The notes beneath the pieces are model-generated. The model had not been told where the DNA came from. It did no database searches and saw only the letters and a list, made by a program, of their open reading frames with translations. A DNA stretch of 64,000 nucleotides from Phoronis australis (lineage: Eukaryota > Animalia > Phoronida). The DNA is taken from contig NMRA01000051.1 of assembly GCA_002633005.1 (NCBI GenBank), positions 1 to 64,000 on the forward strand, in the 5' to 3' direction. Of the stretch, positions 38,501 through 49,416 are shown piece after piece. A program made the position numbers and the translations under genes. How positions within the stretch are numbered: the stretch's first letter is position 1; every line of letters begins with the position of its first letter.

Positions 38501-39151
38501 TATCTACCGTTAACTATGTGCGTACCATATACTGCACAAAATTTGGCAAGTTCTTTGCCAAAGTAATTAGATTTCGCATCTTGGTTGTTTCTTGGTTTTT
38601 CAAAATTATTTTGAACATAACAACAATCGCTATTGGCAAGGACATTGATATGCGTGATATCGTCATCTGGGATGTAGTCTCTGAGTGTAGCTGTCCTTGA
38701 GTTAAAGTCACCTGTCAAAATAACCCGTGAGTGGTTAAATTTCCCATTACTCTTTAAGCAGGTAAAGTCATCCTCGAGACGATCAACACCGCAGTCAGAA
38801 ATGTCGTGGCTGTAGTATGCTGACCCTTCGGGAGGGAGATAAATAAAACCTATTATTACATCTGGCTTGTCTGAGCCAGCAAATAAATCTTTCAGATGCA
38901 AATATACTCTGTCTTCCAAATTCTCACAGATGCGAGTTATTTTGGTTCCTAAATTGTTCTTTACCATTACTGTCACTCCACCAGATACTTTGCCGTTATG
39001 TATGTTTCGTACTGATGTGAACGTGGAATAATTTTCTAAGAGATCGCCAAATTCATGCTCTGCTCTTGCGTGTGATTCAATGAATCCTATGAGGTCGTAG
39101 TTTCTAATTATTTTTTTAATTTCTCCTTTGTTTTGTCGTAGCTTACTTTCT
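35592..39151 (-). mobile_element. Young, slightly 5'-truncated non-LTR retrotransposon (APE-RT, RTE/RTEX-like)
   Basis: Single uninterrupted ORF; 3' UTR ends in a stem-loop, AATAAA and a (CT)n tail; flanked by 212-bp direct repeats. Confidence 0.92.
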
Positions 39152-39183
39152 AATGTTGAAGCTGGAAATTTAACTTCTATCAT
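35710..39183 (-). CDS. LINE polyprotein: apurinic endonuclease + reverse transcriptase + C-terminal CCHC-type finger
   Basis: APE motifs IESH, GDFNSR, IDY, SDHFP; RT motifs YRGISL, EQAGFR, FVDFSKAFD, GVKQGCILSP, LFADD, YKYLG; C-terminal RLCEIC...EDEIHLLLNC. About the first 10 codons come from the flanking duplication. Confidence 0.93.
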   Translation of the reverse strand: MIEVKFPASTLESKLRQNKGEIKKIIRNYDLIGFIESHARAEHEFGDLLENYSTFTSVRNIHNGKVSGGVTVMVKNNLGTKITRICENLEDRVYLHLKDLFAGSDKPDVIIGFIYLPPEGSAYYSHDISDCGVDRLEDDFTCLKSNGKFNHSRVILTGDFNSRTATLRDYIPDDDITHINVLANSDCCYVQNNFEKPRNNQDAKSNYFGKELAKFCAVYGTHIVNGRYPSDREGNYSFVSTRGCSTIDYVIAEASLFEYINDFEVLNYDQSDHFPIMCTLRYLEHTEADTDGSNTSVRTTPLHRLKWQPHKSSSFKDRLGSVDTTEKLSQISSAIDMDINKAVNLINELFHACGADMKISNKPAVNRQQPRWFDNVCEQKKIEKHNLLKLFRSTKCVDTLRNYIDTKSQFKETCREKKKNYNEQMEKKLCDSVRDPRIFWANVKSIINPNNIQQADISSKEWYNYFEKLLNTEPVRENREFLNNLLDEMREHDESCNDCANTPGDEILVQLNKEIDMSEINQEINKLKSNKTPGEDGIPNELFKALTGDILEVLCKLFNKVLATGKFPENWRKSIIVPIYKKGDKNNPNNYRGISLIDSISKLFTSILNRRLIEWSDAMQCIPEEQAGFRAGYSTVDNIFVLQALAHINLSKRGGKMYCAFVDFSKAFDSLETTRLFYCLLKNNLHGKVFNLLRNIYAEVKSCVRIQSQITPYFDCTRGVKQGCILSPWLFSVFVSGLVSEVKENGGRGIKCDDCELSSLLFADDLVLVADTVPGLQRKLNVLHNYCVDWSLCVNLDKTNIVVFKRGGTLSAQERWFYNKKSVETKSYYKYLGVTFSCRLKWNENCRISALQARKAMNMLKACLTKVNCKSPHVCFKLFDSMVAPILLYGAEIWGTVYSKDIESVHNDFCKWVAGVPKKTSNVMARGECGRHLLSVKYLCRPIIYWTKILQMNNPRYPKKSYRMLREDCEKGRANWASAVKDILFRYGFGEVWISGPGNFDLFISEFKQRLLDCAAQEWRTSVQSSSKCSFYSIIKTDLSCEEYLYSLPPTLRRILAKFRCSGHQLKIETGRHHDIPKEDRLCEICNRSEIEDEIHLLLNCPVFNDIRKNFLPEISRQHTDIENVKYLFKTNSGNLLKRLSLFILKAYGIRQETLTL

Positions 39184-39363
39184 TATTATTGAGTAAGTAA
39201 TATGAAATCAATTGATTCCATTTCATGTGCAATTTATAACCTTCGTGTTATTTTGTTCAGTAGCTGAAAACTAGAGAAAAAAATCCTCAACTACACACTC
39301 TTGATATTTGTAAGTTCAGAAAATATTGTGAAAGGCGATACGTCATAGTAGGAGTAATAACAA
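39152..39363. repeat. 212-bp target-site duplication, right copy
   Basis: Identical by eye to 35380-35591. Confidence 0.92.
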
Positions 39364-39802
39364 CTAAGTATTTCTTGTGAGAGTCGCAACGAGGATTGTC
39401 AGATAATTGAGCCGTTGCCTCCAGGCTCCGACTAAATGAATTACAAGTACATTTTGATGTTTGGTGAATTTTTCTTTTTACAACATAAGCGTATTTAGGT
39501 GCTGAGGTATTTTTAACTCGATCAGATTGCTTTATTTTTTTTGGACAGCTAAACAGAAGGCGGCAATAAACCTGCTTATCAGCGCAAAAAGCACTTTTAA
39601 TTTGTAGTAGACCTCCTACAGTTAAAAAATTGCTCTAGTATTGTTTGATTAGAGAGAAGGCCCAAGTTGGATTTTTACTGTATGTGCCGAGCAGTGTTTC
39701 AACGAATAATCAGATGCCAATTCTTTACAAACCCACAAATCATTTCTCATACGTGAATAAATAAGGCAATGTGTTGAGAATAATTAAATAGCAGCTTGAT
39801 GT

Positions 39803-40070
39803 ACAAGAACAACGCGGAGCGTTGAAATGCGCCCACGAATGCACTGCAAACGGTGTGCTTCTAGGGTGTTTAATTGTGTCATAAAAATGGCCACAGTATT
39901 GAACAAAACACTTCCAATCCATAAAAAAACGGAAAAATGTCACCGTATTTTAACAGAAATCTATTTACCAAATTTCATGAAAATTCGTCAAGGAACTTTA
40001 GAGAAACAGAACAAAGTGGAAAAAATTAAATTGTCACAAGGGTGTAAAGTGTTCGTCAGATCCGTCTGAA
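39803..40070. mobile_element. Short non-autonomous Helitron/Helentron-like element
   Basis: Start acaagaacaacgcggagcgttgaaatgcgcccac matches 59079-59130; contains ccaaatttcatgaaaatt as in the satellite arrays. Confidence 0.55.
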
Positions 40071-40284
40071 AGTTGTCTTCCGTCGTCAACTTCGAATAAA
40101 TACACTTGCTAAATATAATAAAAGATCCTGCAGAGGGCTTGGGAGATACAGGTAAGGGTGCAAAAAGAAACTACCACGAGGATGTGCCACAGTACTCGAA
40201 GTCGTCGGAAAATCATTGCCAATCGTCCTCTTCATAGTAAGAACATACACAGTGACAGTTTTCTGATCTCTGGTGTGTTTAAGA

Positions 40285-40425
40285 TGTACGTATGGTGCGT
40301 GTACGTATGGTGCGTGTATGTATGGTGCGTGTATGTATGGTGCGTGTACGTATGGTGCGTGTATGTATGGTGCGTGTACGTATGGTGCGTGTATGTATGG
40401 TGCGTGTACGTATGGTGCGTGTATG
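40285..40425. repeat. 15-bp minisatellite
   Basis: gta[c/t]gtatggtgcgt, about 9 copies; explains the VYVWC ORF. Confidence 0.93.
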
Positions 40426-40549
40426 TTTTCTTGGTAGTGTGAAATATTGTTTCAAATAACTATATGCAAAACAGCTGCAACGTGCAGACATGACTTAAAA
40501 ACACAGTTCTCTGCACACTTGAATTTATTAGGAAGGTCCCTCATTACAT

Positions 40550-40706
40550 CCAAGGTATTACAAATGCAGACCAGTTAGTGTAACAAGCCAAGGTATTACA
40601 AATGCAGACCAGTTAGTGTAACAAGCCAAGGTATTACAAATGCAGACCAGTTAGTGTAACAAGCCAAGGTATTACAAATGCAGACCAGTTAGTGTAACAA
40701 GCCAAG
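40550..40706. repeat. 38-bp perfect tandem repeat x4
   Basis: ccaaggtattacaaatgcagaccagttagtgtaacaag x4 plus ccaag. Confidence 0.95.
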
Positions 40707-41071
40707 TTTGACACCATCACTGTTAATATCTAATATCTACATTCAGTTACATAACCTTTTATTGTTGCTTAAATCTCAAGTGGTGTCATTAACAATACAC
40801 GTCACAAGGAAGAATATAACAGCAAGCGTTATCTATAACAAAGTACTAATTAGTTACAACCCATATATACTTTCAAAGTACCTTAGTAATCCACCCAACA
40901 GTAGGCCTGTATACGGTATACAAATAACGTAGCAGCAACCATTTTTATCGTTTTGGCTAAATACTCAACTCTGAAATTACAAGACACACATTTTGCGGCC
41001 CCTGTGCATCCCCGGCGCATCCAACAACGACAACCCTCTTACATCAACGGTGAAACACGATGGCTCCCACT

Positions 41072-44000
41072 TCAAGATCCATTAATAAAGTCCTCGCCTT
41101 TCTTAATATTCTTCTGCAGCTCTGGGATACATTTCTCGAGTAGTTCCACCTCATAATCAGTCAGCATGCCAATGCCCAAGTTCTTCTCAACACCGTTTGG
41201 CTGAAAGTGACAATGACATTCTGAAGTTATTAGCTCAATGAATGGAGAGCTGTGAATTCAATCGATTTATAATTTGATTGAATTCACATTCCAGCTGAAA
41301 TTATGAGACGAACATGCAAAATCTCACAAAATGCAACTGTCATGCTTCTATGACACTACCGACTGAGTAAATGCGAAGCGACAGACCCACAAAAGTACAG
41401 TAAAAACTCTTCAATGTGGGCAATATTTCTATTTTTCAGAAGCTTACCACATTACTGCAAATGCTTAAAATTTTACTATTACCCGCTAAATGTTATTTGT
41501 TAAAAGTTGTGCCATACAAACCATGCTAAAAGCAAGGTGAATTTTCCTGAAAAGTAATTTTTGTTGAGAATTCTGACAAATTGAAATTTCACCAGTCCGA
41601 CACATTGCGTCTCGAACTAAAGAATGTTTACCATAGCCCATATCAACTGAATACCAGTTGCTCGTCTCAGTACGTACCCCAAGGAGGAGGTTGGTTGAGA
41701 AGTATTTTGCCTCGGTCTCTTCCGACTTAACAAATGCACACTCAACCACATCCTGTTTGCCGTACAAAGCCTCCAGCACAGAGAATGTGAACCTGGCACC
41801 AGCATAGGCCATGGACAGAGTCGCTGACCCCTGCAAGAGGACAGAGCATCACTATACAGTTATACATGGACGGTGTTAGTTCCAGAATTTCTGTGGTAAA
41901 AAATATAGGGAGCTTTTTAAAACAATTGAAATATGAATCATCATTATTTCTAATTGGTTAATGAAGAAGATTTTCAGGTGTCAACAGGAATCAATACTGC
42001 ATGAAACTCTTTGTCAAATGCAGCGAAGACACGTTCAGAAAGGAACACTTCACATACATACCAATACGTTCTTGGACCACATATGGTTTGTAGATGATGA
42101 AAAACTCGCTGAGTAGTTCAATATTCATAATGAGATGGACCTTAATTGTGACCGTGAACAGACTGTGGGTGACTTTATCCCCACTCACACCACTAAATAA
42201 AGGACAGTCATCCTGAGATTATATTTATTAGGAATATGAGTAAAGACGACTTTTTCTTGACATGAAGCAAACCCCAACAAAGATGGGACTGTTCACATGC
42301 ACACACTATCAAACTTGTTGAGTTACTTATGAAGCACACGTAGGCCTTGAATCCAACTCGTGATGAAGAAGGCTTGGATGTTTAAAATTATTTACATATG
42401 TTTCACGTCCAATGTCGAGAATACAGATGAAAAAGAAGGTATGCCCATTTTAAAATGTACATCGTTTACAGACATATGACGTTCCCAGAACTAACTGAGC
42501 AAAACATGAATTATTATACAGCCCTCAGCACAGGCTTAAATGCCTTTAACGCAAATGTTCCTTCCAATCATTGAACACTACTTCTTCAAAAACTGGACAA
42601 CTTACCGCCCCAGCCTTTGCGTCAACAACCTCCGTGCCAGCATGTTGGATTCTCTCCGTCAGTTTGGTTCGCTCGTAACGTGAAAACGAGACAGAGGGCT
42701 TAGCCTGGGATGTGATGGGTACAATGGTGCTGCCAGAATGACCACCAATGATCGGCACGTTCACTTGAGATACATCAAGATTCTGCAATGCAACAAAAGA
42801 GCATGTGAATAAGTAAACCACTTAAGAAGGTCCAACCCCATAAAAATTGTCAGAAGAGAACACTTAAAAATTTAAATACTATTTGTATAAAGACATACTT
42901 CCTATCCATTTACAATGTAACATAGAAGTCAAGAAATATGCTAAAAAAGCCTGTCAAACGGGACTCAAAAACATTCTTGACATCATAGCATTGGTTTCAA
43001 TGCTTGGTTAGAAATTACCTGCAACTGAATTTAAGTGGTCAAATTTTGAAAAGGATCTCAAGTCCTTCAAATATTTCACCAAAATTTATGGGGGAAGTGG
43101 CCCGTTGTTTACTACTGCAGTATTTATCGAGTTCCTCAACAGGACAAAACGCAGTTTTAAGTATTCAATAAAAGCAGCCTTGCAGTCAAAATTTGCTGAA
43201 ATTGAAAAATGAACCTTAGCTTCAGCGACGAATGTATTGGCTCGCACAACATCTAAAGTTGTTACACCAAAAATTCTGTTAGGGTCGTAGACACCGTGTT
43301 TCTTGAAGACTTCAGAAGCTATTGGCACGGTAGAGTTGACCTGTAAAAGAAAGTGTCACTGTTAATTAAGATTTTAAACTTACGCAATACAGACCCTAAG
43401 TGTCATTAACTAAAGTAAGCAAACGTCAGGTTGCAGTCTGTTGCGCACCACTGATGACAACTTACAGCCAAGTTAGTCAGAACTGTCAATTTTCACCAAA
43501 AACAATAGAAATGATGTGACGGCACAAAAACAACACAGCAGCACGTGGCAGCTGTATACGGGCAGGGGTCACTCCATTTCCAAACCTCCTAACGCCATAG
43601 CGCTTTTGGTACATGAATGAAGTGACCAAAACTGACCAACTTTTAGTCATGATTTGCTGTCAATTCCAGACATCACGACCGACATTAGTTCAATACGTGA
43701 TCCAATTCCAAAGTTGGTGTACTCGCGCATAATTAAAAGCCGGTGATAACAAGTGTTGTGTGTTTTTTAACTAATGGAACATTAATTGGATTAACAATTG
43801 TCTTTGAACAGTTGATTCGTGGAAGTTCCCACAAAAATCTATACCCTCCTTGCTTTGCACCATAGTTGACGAATCAAGGATAACAAAATACATCAGATCA
43901 GCAGATCTGTGGTAGTCAGTGGGAATTGATCATTGAAGATAACACTTACTGGGTTAGTAATGATTAGAATCATTATCTTTGGGGCAAAACTTAGCACAGG

Positions 44001-45120
44001 CATCGGCCAAATCACGAACAATGGAGGCGTTAGTTTTGAACAGATCATCTCTTGTCATTCCTGCAAGGCAGATGTATACTACATTGGTATACAAGACAGC
44101 ACATTAATTGGACACACAGGAAAGAACCAATGGCAAACTGTGTAAAAATTTGTGAAAGCAATTGCAAGAAATGCCATTTTTTGTTTTCAAACTTATCACG
44201 TTTTGCTGGAAGACCTCAACAATTTAGCAACAGCTATACCACGCAAATCATATCAGAGAAAAAGTTTTCTCATCAGTTATATCTGTTGAGAAATTTGATA
44301 AATTACAATTCAAAATATTTGTCACATTCTGTCACAAACATCACAGTTTCTGACAACAAGAAAAACTTAAAACAAAACAGCAAGGTCTTTGAAAGAAGTG
44401 TCACAACAATGATATAGCCGCTTGCTATATTTATAGAGATCCTGATTTTCAGTCATCAAAAAATAAATTGTAATTATCCATTTCAGCAAGTAAAAATCTT
44501 TTTTCTTCTGATTTGTGAAATTAAAGAGGTGTTTACTACTAAAATGACCACTAGATGGTGCAAAATACGACAAACCCATTTGAAAATGGGACAAAGTCGT
44601 CTCCATAATGTAAACCTATTTATTAAATTTGATGAAAATCTGTAGAGAAACTCAATAGAATGAAACCTAGTACTATCTGCCTAAAAGAAATGGCCCTATA
44701 CAATCATAGGAATACACTTGGAAAATTTCACCACCTATAGCTATCAGATGCATTACATTTGAAAAAAAACCTCAATGTTATCCATTGCTTCACAAAACTA
44801 TTCACAACTCATTACAACACTGTCACGAAATCATAAATAATCCAATTTGCCATGTTATTCACTCACCTGGCTTGCGAGGTACTCCCGCTGGTATGACAAC
44901 CACATTGCTGTCTGAGAGACATGCCTCCAGTTCGTCACTTGCGGTATGACCAGATACCTTGGCTCGTGTCTCGATGTGGCTGAGGTCAGCTGCTACTCCG
45001 GGTGTCCCTACGATGTTCGTACAGCGACAGGTGACTGATGAGTGGAGATTGTTTCAGCAGGAGAGACAGAGGCTGCCCTATACCACCGCTGGCTCCCAAT
45101 ACAGCTACTTTGGCATGGTT
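41072..45120 (-). pseudogene. MDH2: Mitochondrial-type malate dehydrogenase gene with two +1 frameshifts (pseudogene or assembly error)
   Basis: Exons 45120-44867, 44060-43950, 43340-43215, 42782-42606, 41830-41678 and 41200-41072. Peptides [86 protein letters not shown]. One extra base at 45016-45017 and another within about 43973-43990. MDH2 identity is near certain; pseudogene status is uncertain. Confidence 0.75.
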
Positions 45121-45884
45121 CTAGAAATGCAGTGTTGAACAGAGAACAATGAGTAAGTTTTTATGGCCTGTCATTTTGAAAACCAGTTTAATTCAGTGGT
45201 TTTGAAAATCACAGACCGTCAATGAGGAGTATTGCCGTACCCTTTGCCATCACCAGCTTTACTGTACAGCTATAGAAATGATCAAATGAAGTCGTGGAGA
45301 ATTTAAAAAAAAAAAAATGGTCATATGGCAAATTTTTATTACTTAACATTCTTGTTCCGATCCAACAAAATGTCTCAGTAATCCTTCAGTTTACCAGTCC
45401 AAATTATTTGAACGCCAATACTACAACTGAATTCATTGCAACCTACAGCAGTGCTCTTACAATAAAACCTCACCTTAAGACACAGCATAGGTGAGGAGTA
45501 ACAACATGGTCTATCATTCTTTCCCCAAATGATATATCACACCAAATAAATCCTTTTCACTGTCCAGGCTCTATACCATGGGACGTCGGACATTCAGTAA
45601 AAAAATGTTACCATTTCATGTTTAAAGCACTTAAAAATTTAAAAGGTTTGAAATTGGAAAATCTACTGCAATTCGAGAATATCTTCAAAATTTTGAAGTC
45701 TTCGTAAACAAAATCAATTTTAGGATATGAAGGATGTTTTTGACTGTGAAGTTTCTTCAATCTAGAACATAATAGCAGACAGGAGAAATATTATTAAATC
45801 TTCCAAACGAAGTAAAAAGGGAGAAAAGTTTACAATTTGCAGAGTTCATACTGTACAGCTATCATCAGCCAGCAAACTTCAAAT

Positions 45885-47070
45885 AGGTTTATTTCATGTA
45901 ACAGGCCTCCGGCCCACATTACAATATATAACACAAAGAGAGTACAATAATTTTTCAAGTTTAAATTAATTCATATCAAGGAACTCATTTCGGCGTTTCT
46001 CCGAATTAATTAAATATCTAGCAACTTTTCTCAGAACATTTAAGTCATGAGTCTGTAGAAAATTTCTGAATGCTATATCTTCCACCTTATCGTACCTTGG
46101 TAAAAACCGCACTCGTAAATCCGAATATAAATTGCATTCGAGAAGAAAGTGTAATTCTGTTTCCACTTTCCCACTGTCACAGCAGGGACATAATCTGTCT
46201 TCTCTGTCAAATCCACTGAACCTTCCCTGGATAATCATTAATGAATGGGCGGAGCATCTAAACCTTGCAAGGGCTATTCTACGAAGTTTATTTTCTAAAC
46301 ATGGCTTGGCAAATTGATGCTGACCAAGTCCCAACAAAAATTTGCAAAAATTTATTTTGTACGATTTCAATGTCTTGTGCGGGGTGAAATCCCCAAATCT
46401 CAGAACCATATATCAAGATTGGTAATATTCTTGTATCAAACATTTTAAACCACATTTGCACAGAAATTTCATTGTACTTAAGCATGTGCTTTTTTAGTAC
46501 AAAAATAGCCTTTGCCACTTTGTCAGCTAACGTTTTCTGCGCCTTCGTAAATACACCTTTAGGAGCAAACTTGATACCCAAATAATTATACTCTGAAGTC
46601 GTTTGTACAATTTCGCCAAATAATTTCCACTTTTCATAAGTTCTCAAGTATCCCCCCTTTTCTAAAGACTATAATTTTTGTCTTCGACATATTCATATTC
46701 ACATGAAGCTTCCATTTATTACAATATTCTTCTAGTTTGGAATTAACCTTTGCATGGGAATAGCGGTTTCAGCGACGAGAACCAAATCATTGGCAAACAA
46801 CAACTAATATAAATTCAACATTCCAATATTTACACACGAGCCCTTTACATTTTGTAAATCACTTTCTAAATCATTTATAAATAGCGAGAAGAGAAAGGGA
46901 GATAATTGACACCCTTGTCTTACACCCATCGTTCATTGGAAGAAATCGGTTACGTAACCATCCCCATTCAGCAAGACGCAAGACGTCACATTTTCATACA
47001 TACTGTTTAGAATTTTATGCATTTTTCCATATATTTCAAAACTAGACATTTTATACTTAAGACCCTCTCG
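45885..47070 (-). mobile_element. Decayed 3' fragment of a related APE-RT LINE
   Basis: GVRQGCQLSPFLFSLFINDL, LFANDLVLVAET, YNYLG, ILIYGSEIWG and RFRCSAHSL...RLCPCC...HFLLEC across frameshifts; 3' hairpin plus AATAAA at 45893-45888. Confidence 0.88.
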
Positions 47071-48129
47071 CTCACATAAATATATTTACGAAGTGAAATA
47101 CCATTGTTTGCATTCGCCCATGAATGGAGTCGGTTACATAACAACCGGTCAAATATCTTGCCACCCACCTGTAACAGCGTGATTCCTAAGGCAATTATTT
47201 GATTTCGCCCAGACCAGCCATTTGTGAGACATGATGTTCTGAATTACCTGAACAGGTTAAAAAATAAAAAAGAAAAGCCACCTAGCAGAGTTGCTGTCCG
47301 TGTTGATGCACTTAATAAATCTGTAGTTACAATTTATACTCTACAGTTTATCCTTCTTAGTACAGATGGTTAGAATTGGTCACTCCTAAAGGTACCGCTG
47401 ACAAACAGCGGCTTAACCACAACACCCACGGATGGCACCACCATAAATACATAGCCAAGCCCGGGAAATTTGCCTAAACATTGGTAGAAGCTGGTTGTTT
47501 AGGCATTCAGCCGTACAGGATTGGCCGTATATTGCAAGTACTCTCCGTGAGGAATAGTGAGTGACCCGGTGCAGTAATACAACACACCTTTCTTGAAGAT
47601 TTTCTCTAATTCTTGCCATACTAGAAAACGTTTATTAATTATGTTTAGCCCTGATTAAAAGTTAAAAACTTACCATTTTCCCGGAGGTATTATACTGGAC
47701 GAAAACTGTCTCAAAACCACAGGCTATAATAGTGCATGAACCGCCACACCTCTTTCCGTGACGTCACTAGATTTCGCGCGCTTTCGTACCGAGATTCAAA
47801 ACAGCGTGGATCGCCATTGCTAGTCACTGTGCTTACGGAGTTAATCTTGTAAACCTTTTGATTTTTTTCCTGTAATATCCTGTTGATGGCTTGTGGTCAG
47901 GCAAAAAGGTCTCGTATTGGGTACATGGAGTCTTTGGACGAGAAAAGTAAGCAGCGGTGGTATGTCTACCATTTTCATCTAGTCTGTACAGCATGATGTA
48001 AGCGGCCCCGCCGGGCTTGGATAACGTTCCTGTTCTGCGGTATATTCAAAATTTTAAACCAGTATTTAATACAGCTAACAAGGTATCTCGTAAACATAGG
48101 GAATCTCAGTGCCACATTCACCCAATACT

Positions 48130-48600
48130 GGAGCGTTAGAGCAAGAACCGCCTAGTCCCAGGGTCCATTTACAAAATTTTAAATGTTTTTTTCTAAACAC
48201 TAGTATTCTTTAAAACCCCGGCAAATCTCGGCACTATAACACAATGTTGGATTATCAAATAATTGAAAGGTAAGTGATGGGGGAATATTCGCGACATTTG
48301 CACTGTAGTTTCAAAACACGTGATGAAGCTTTATTTTCTTGACAAGAGAGGGTTTTTGTCGCTTTCGACAATTTAAGTGTGATAAAAACACCAAGATATT
48401 TATAATGAGATACAGCATCAACTTGCTGTTTGTTAAAAAAACACTTCTCATAGTGTCTTAAGGGACCGCCATTTCTAAATACAATTATTTTGGTTTTCTT
48501 CAAATTCACAGCCATACCCCATGAATCACAATAATCACTGAGACAATTCAACATACGTTGCAAGTAAGACGCTGTTTTTTTCCGCGATCCATTGGTGTAG
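48130..48600 (-). mobile_element. Decayed LINE RT fragment
   Basis: LQRMLNCLSDYCDSWGMAVNLKKTKIIVFRNGG...YKYLG, homologous to the full-length ORF. Confidence 0.85.
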
Positions 48601-49416
48601 GCCTATTTAAGTGATTAGACAAAATTTCCCCCACAGCACGGTTTGATATAAAGAACCCTTCTCCCTGTTGTATTGGACAAGTTAAGTGTCCACGTGGATC
48701 AGATTTATATCAAAAATTTTATTTGCTGTTGTATAGGATAAAAAGTGTGGACATAAAAACAGGTTGATATAAAAATGACGTTTACCGAGTTCTGAGAGTA
48801 CCGAACTTGTCCGCCGTCCCTATCGCTTGTGCGAACACGAGAAGAGCATGAACTCGAGTGAATACGGTTACAACTCACCCTAGGCCAACCGTCCGAGACG
48901 GTGAGTGAGAAGAATAATCAATCCGCTCAAATAACTAATTGATTTTTCCAGCACACACTAATTCACTCTCGTCGCCAAACACCTTTGATTAAATATTTTT
49001 ATTAACAGTCTTGTTAATTGGCCCACTGTTGGTGACCGTATTCGTCTTGAATATTGAAACAGTGGTTGTCGATTGGACAGCAACTATAGAGCATACTACA
49101 GAAGACACATTTTCACAATTGATGTGCTCGCTGGAGCGAGTAAATTTTGATGTACCGTCCACGTGGGACATAATAATCTAATTACCGATATCATATGAAT
49201 GGCATTCATTGTGCGCACTCTCCTGAAACACATCTACAATGCCACAATTTTCAGTGTTTTAGTAACTGACGAAAATAGAGAATCAATTTTTTGTCGAGGC
49301 TAGACGACGTCGAGTTTGGAGGACTAATTATGCATTGAAACTGCACAGCTTTTGCTCGACGTTACGGTTACTCCAGGACTATCTTAATACAGCATCCTGA
49401 GACAGTTCAACAAATT

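Noticed and set aside
35772-38711. Multiple short ORFs overlapping the LINE
   Set aside because: Antisense or alternative-frame shadows of the RT ORF
40158-40491. ORFs with VYVWC / TRTIH repeats
   Set aside because: Translations of a 15-bp minisatellite
40550-40706. 38-bp repeats of CRISPR-like length
   Set aside because: Head-to-tail with no spacers, no cas genes, eukaryotic context
41039-41074. Stop-codon readthrough of MDH giving a peroxisomal signal (as in MDH1x)
   Set aside because: Context is TGA-AGT rather than TGA-CTA, and the extension SGSHRVSPLM has no PTS1
45840-47110. Long TSD around the decayed LINE fragment
   Set aside because: No matching flanking repeat found by eye
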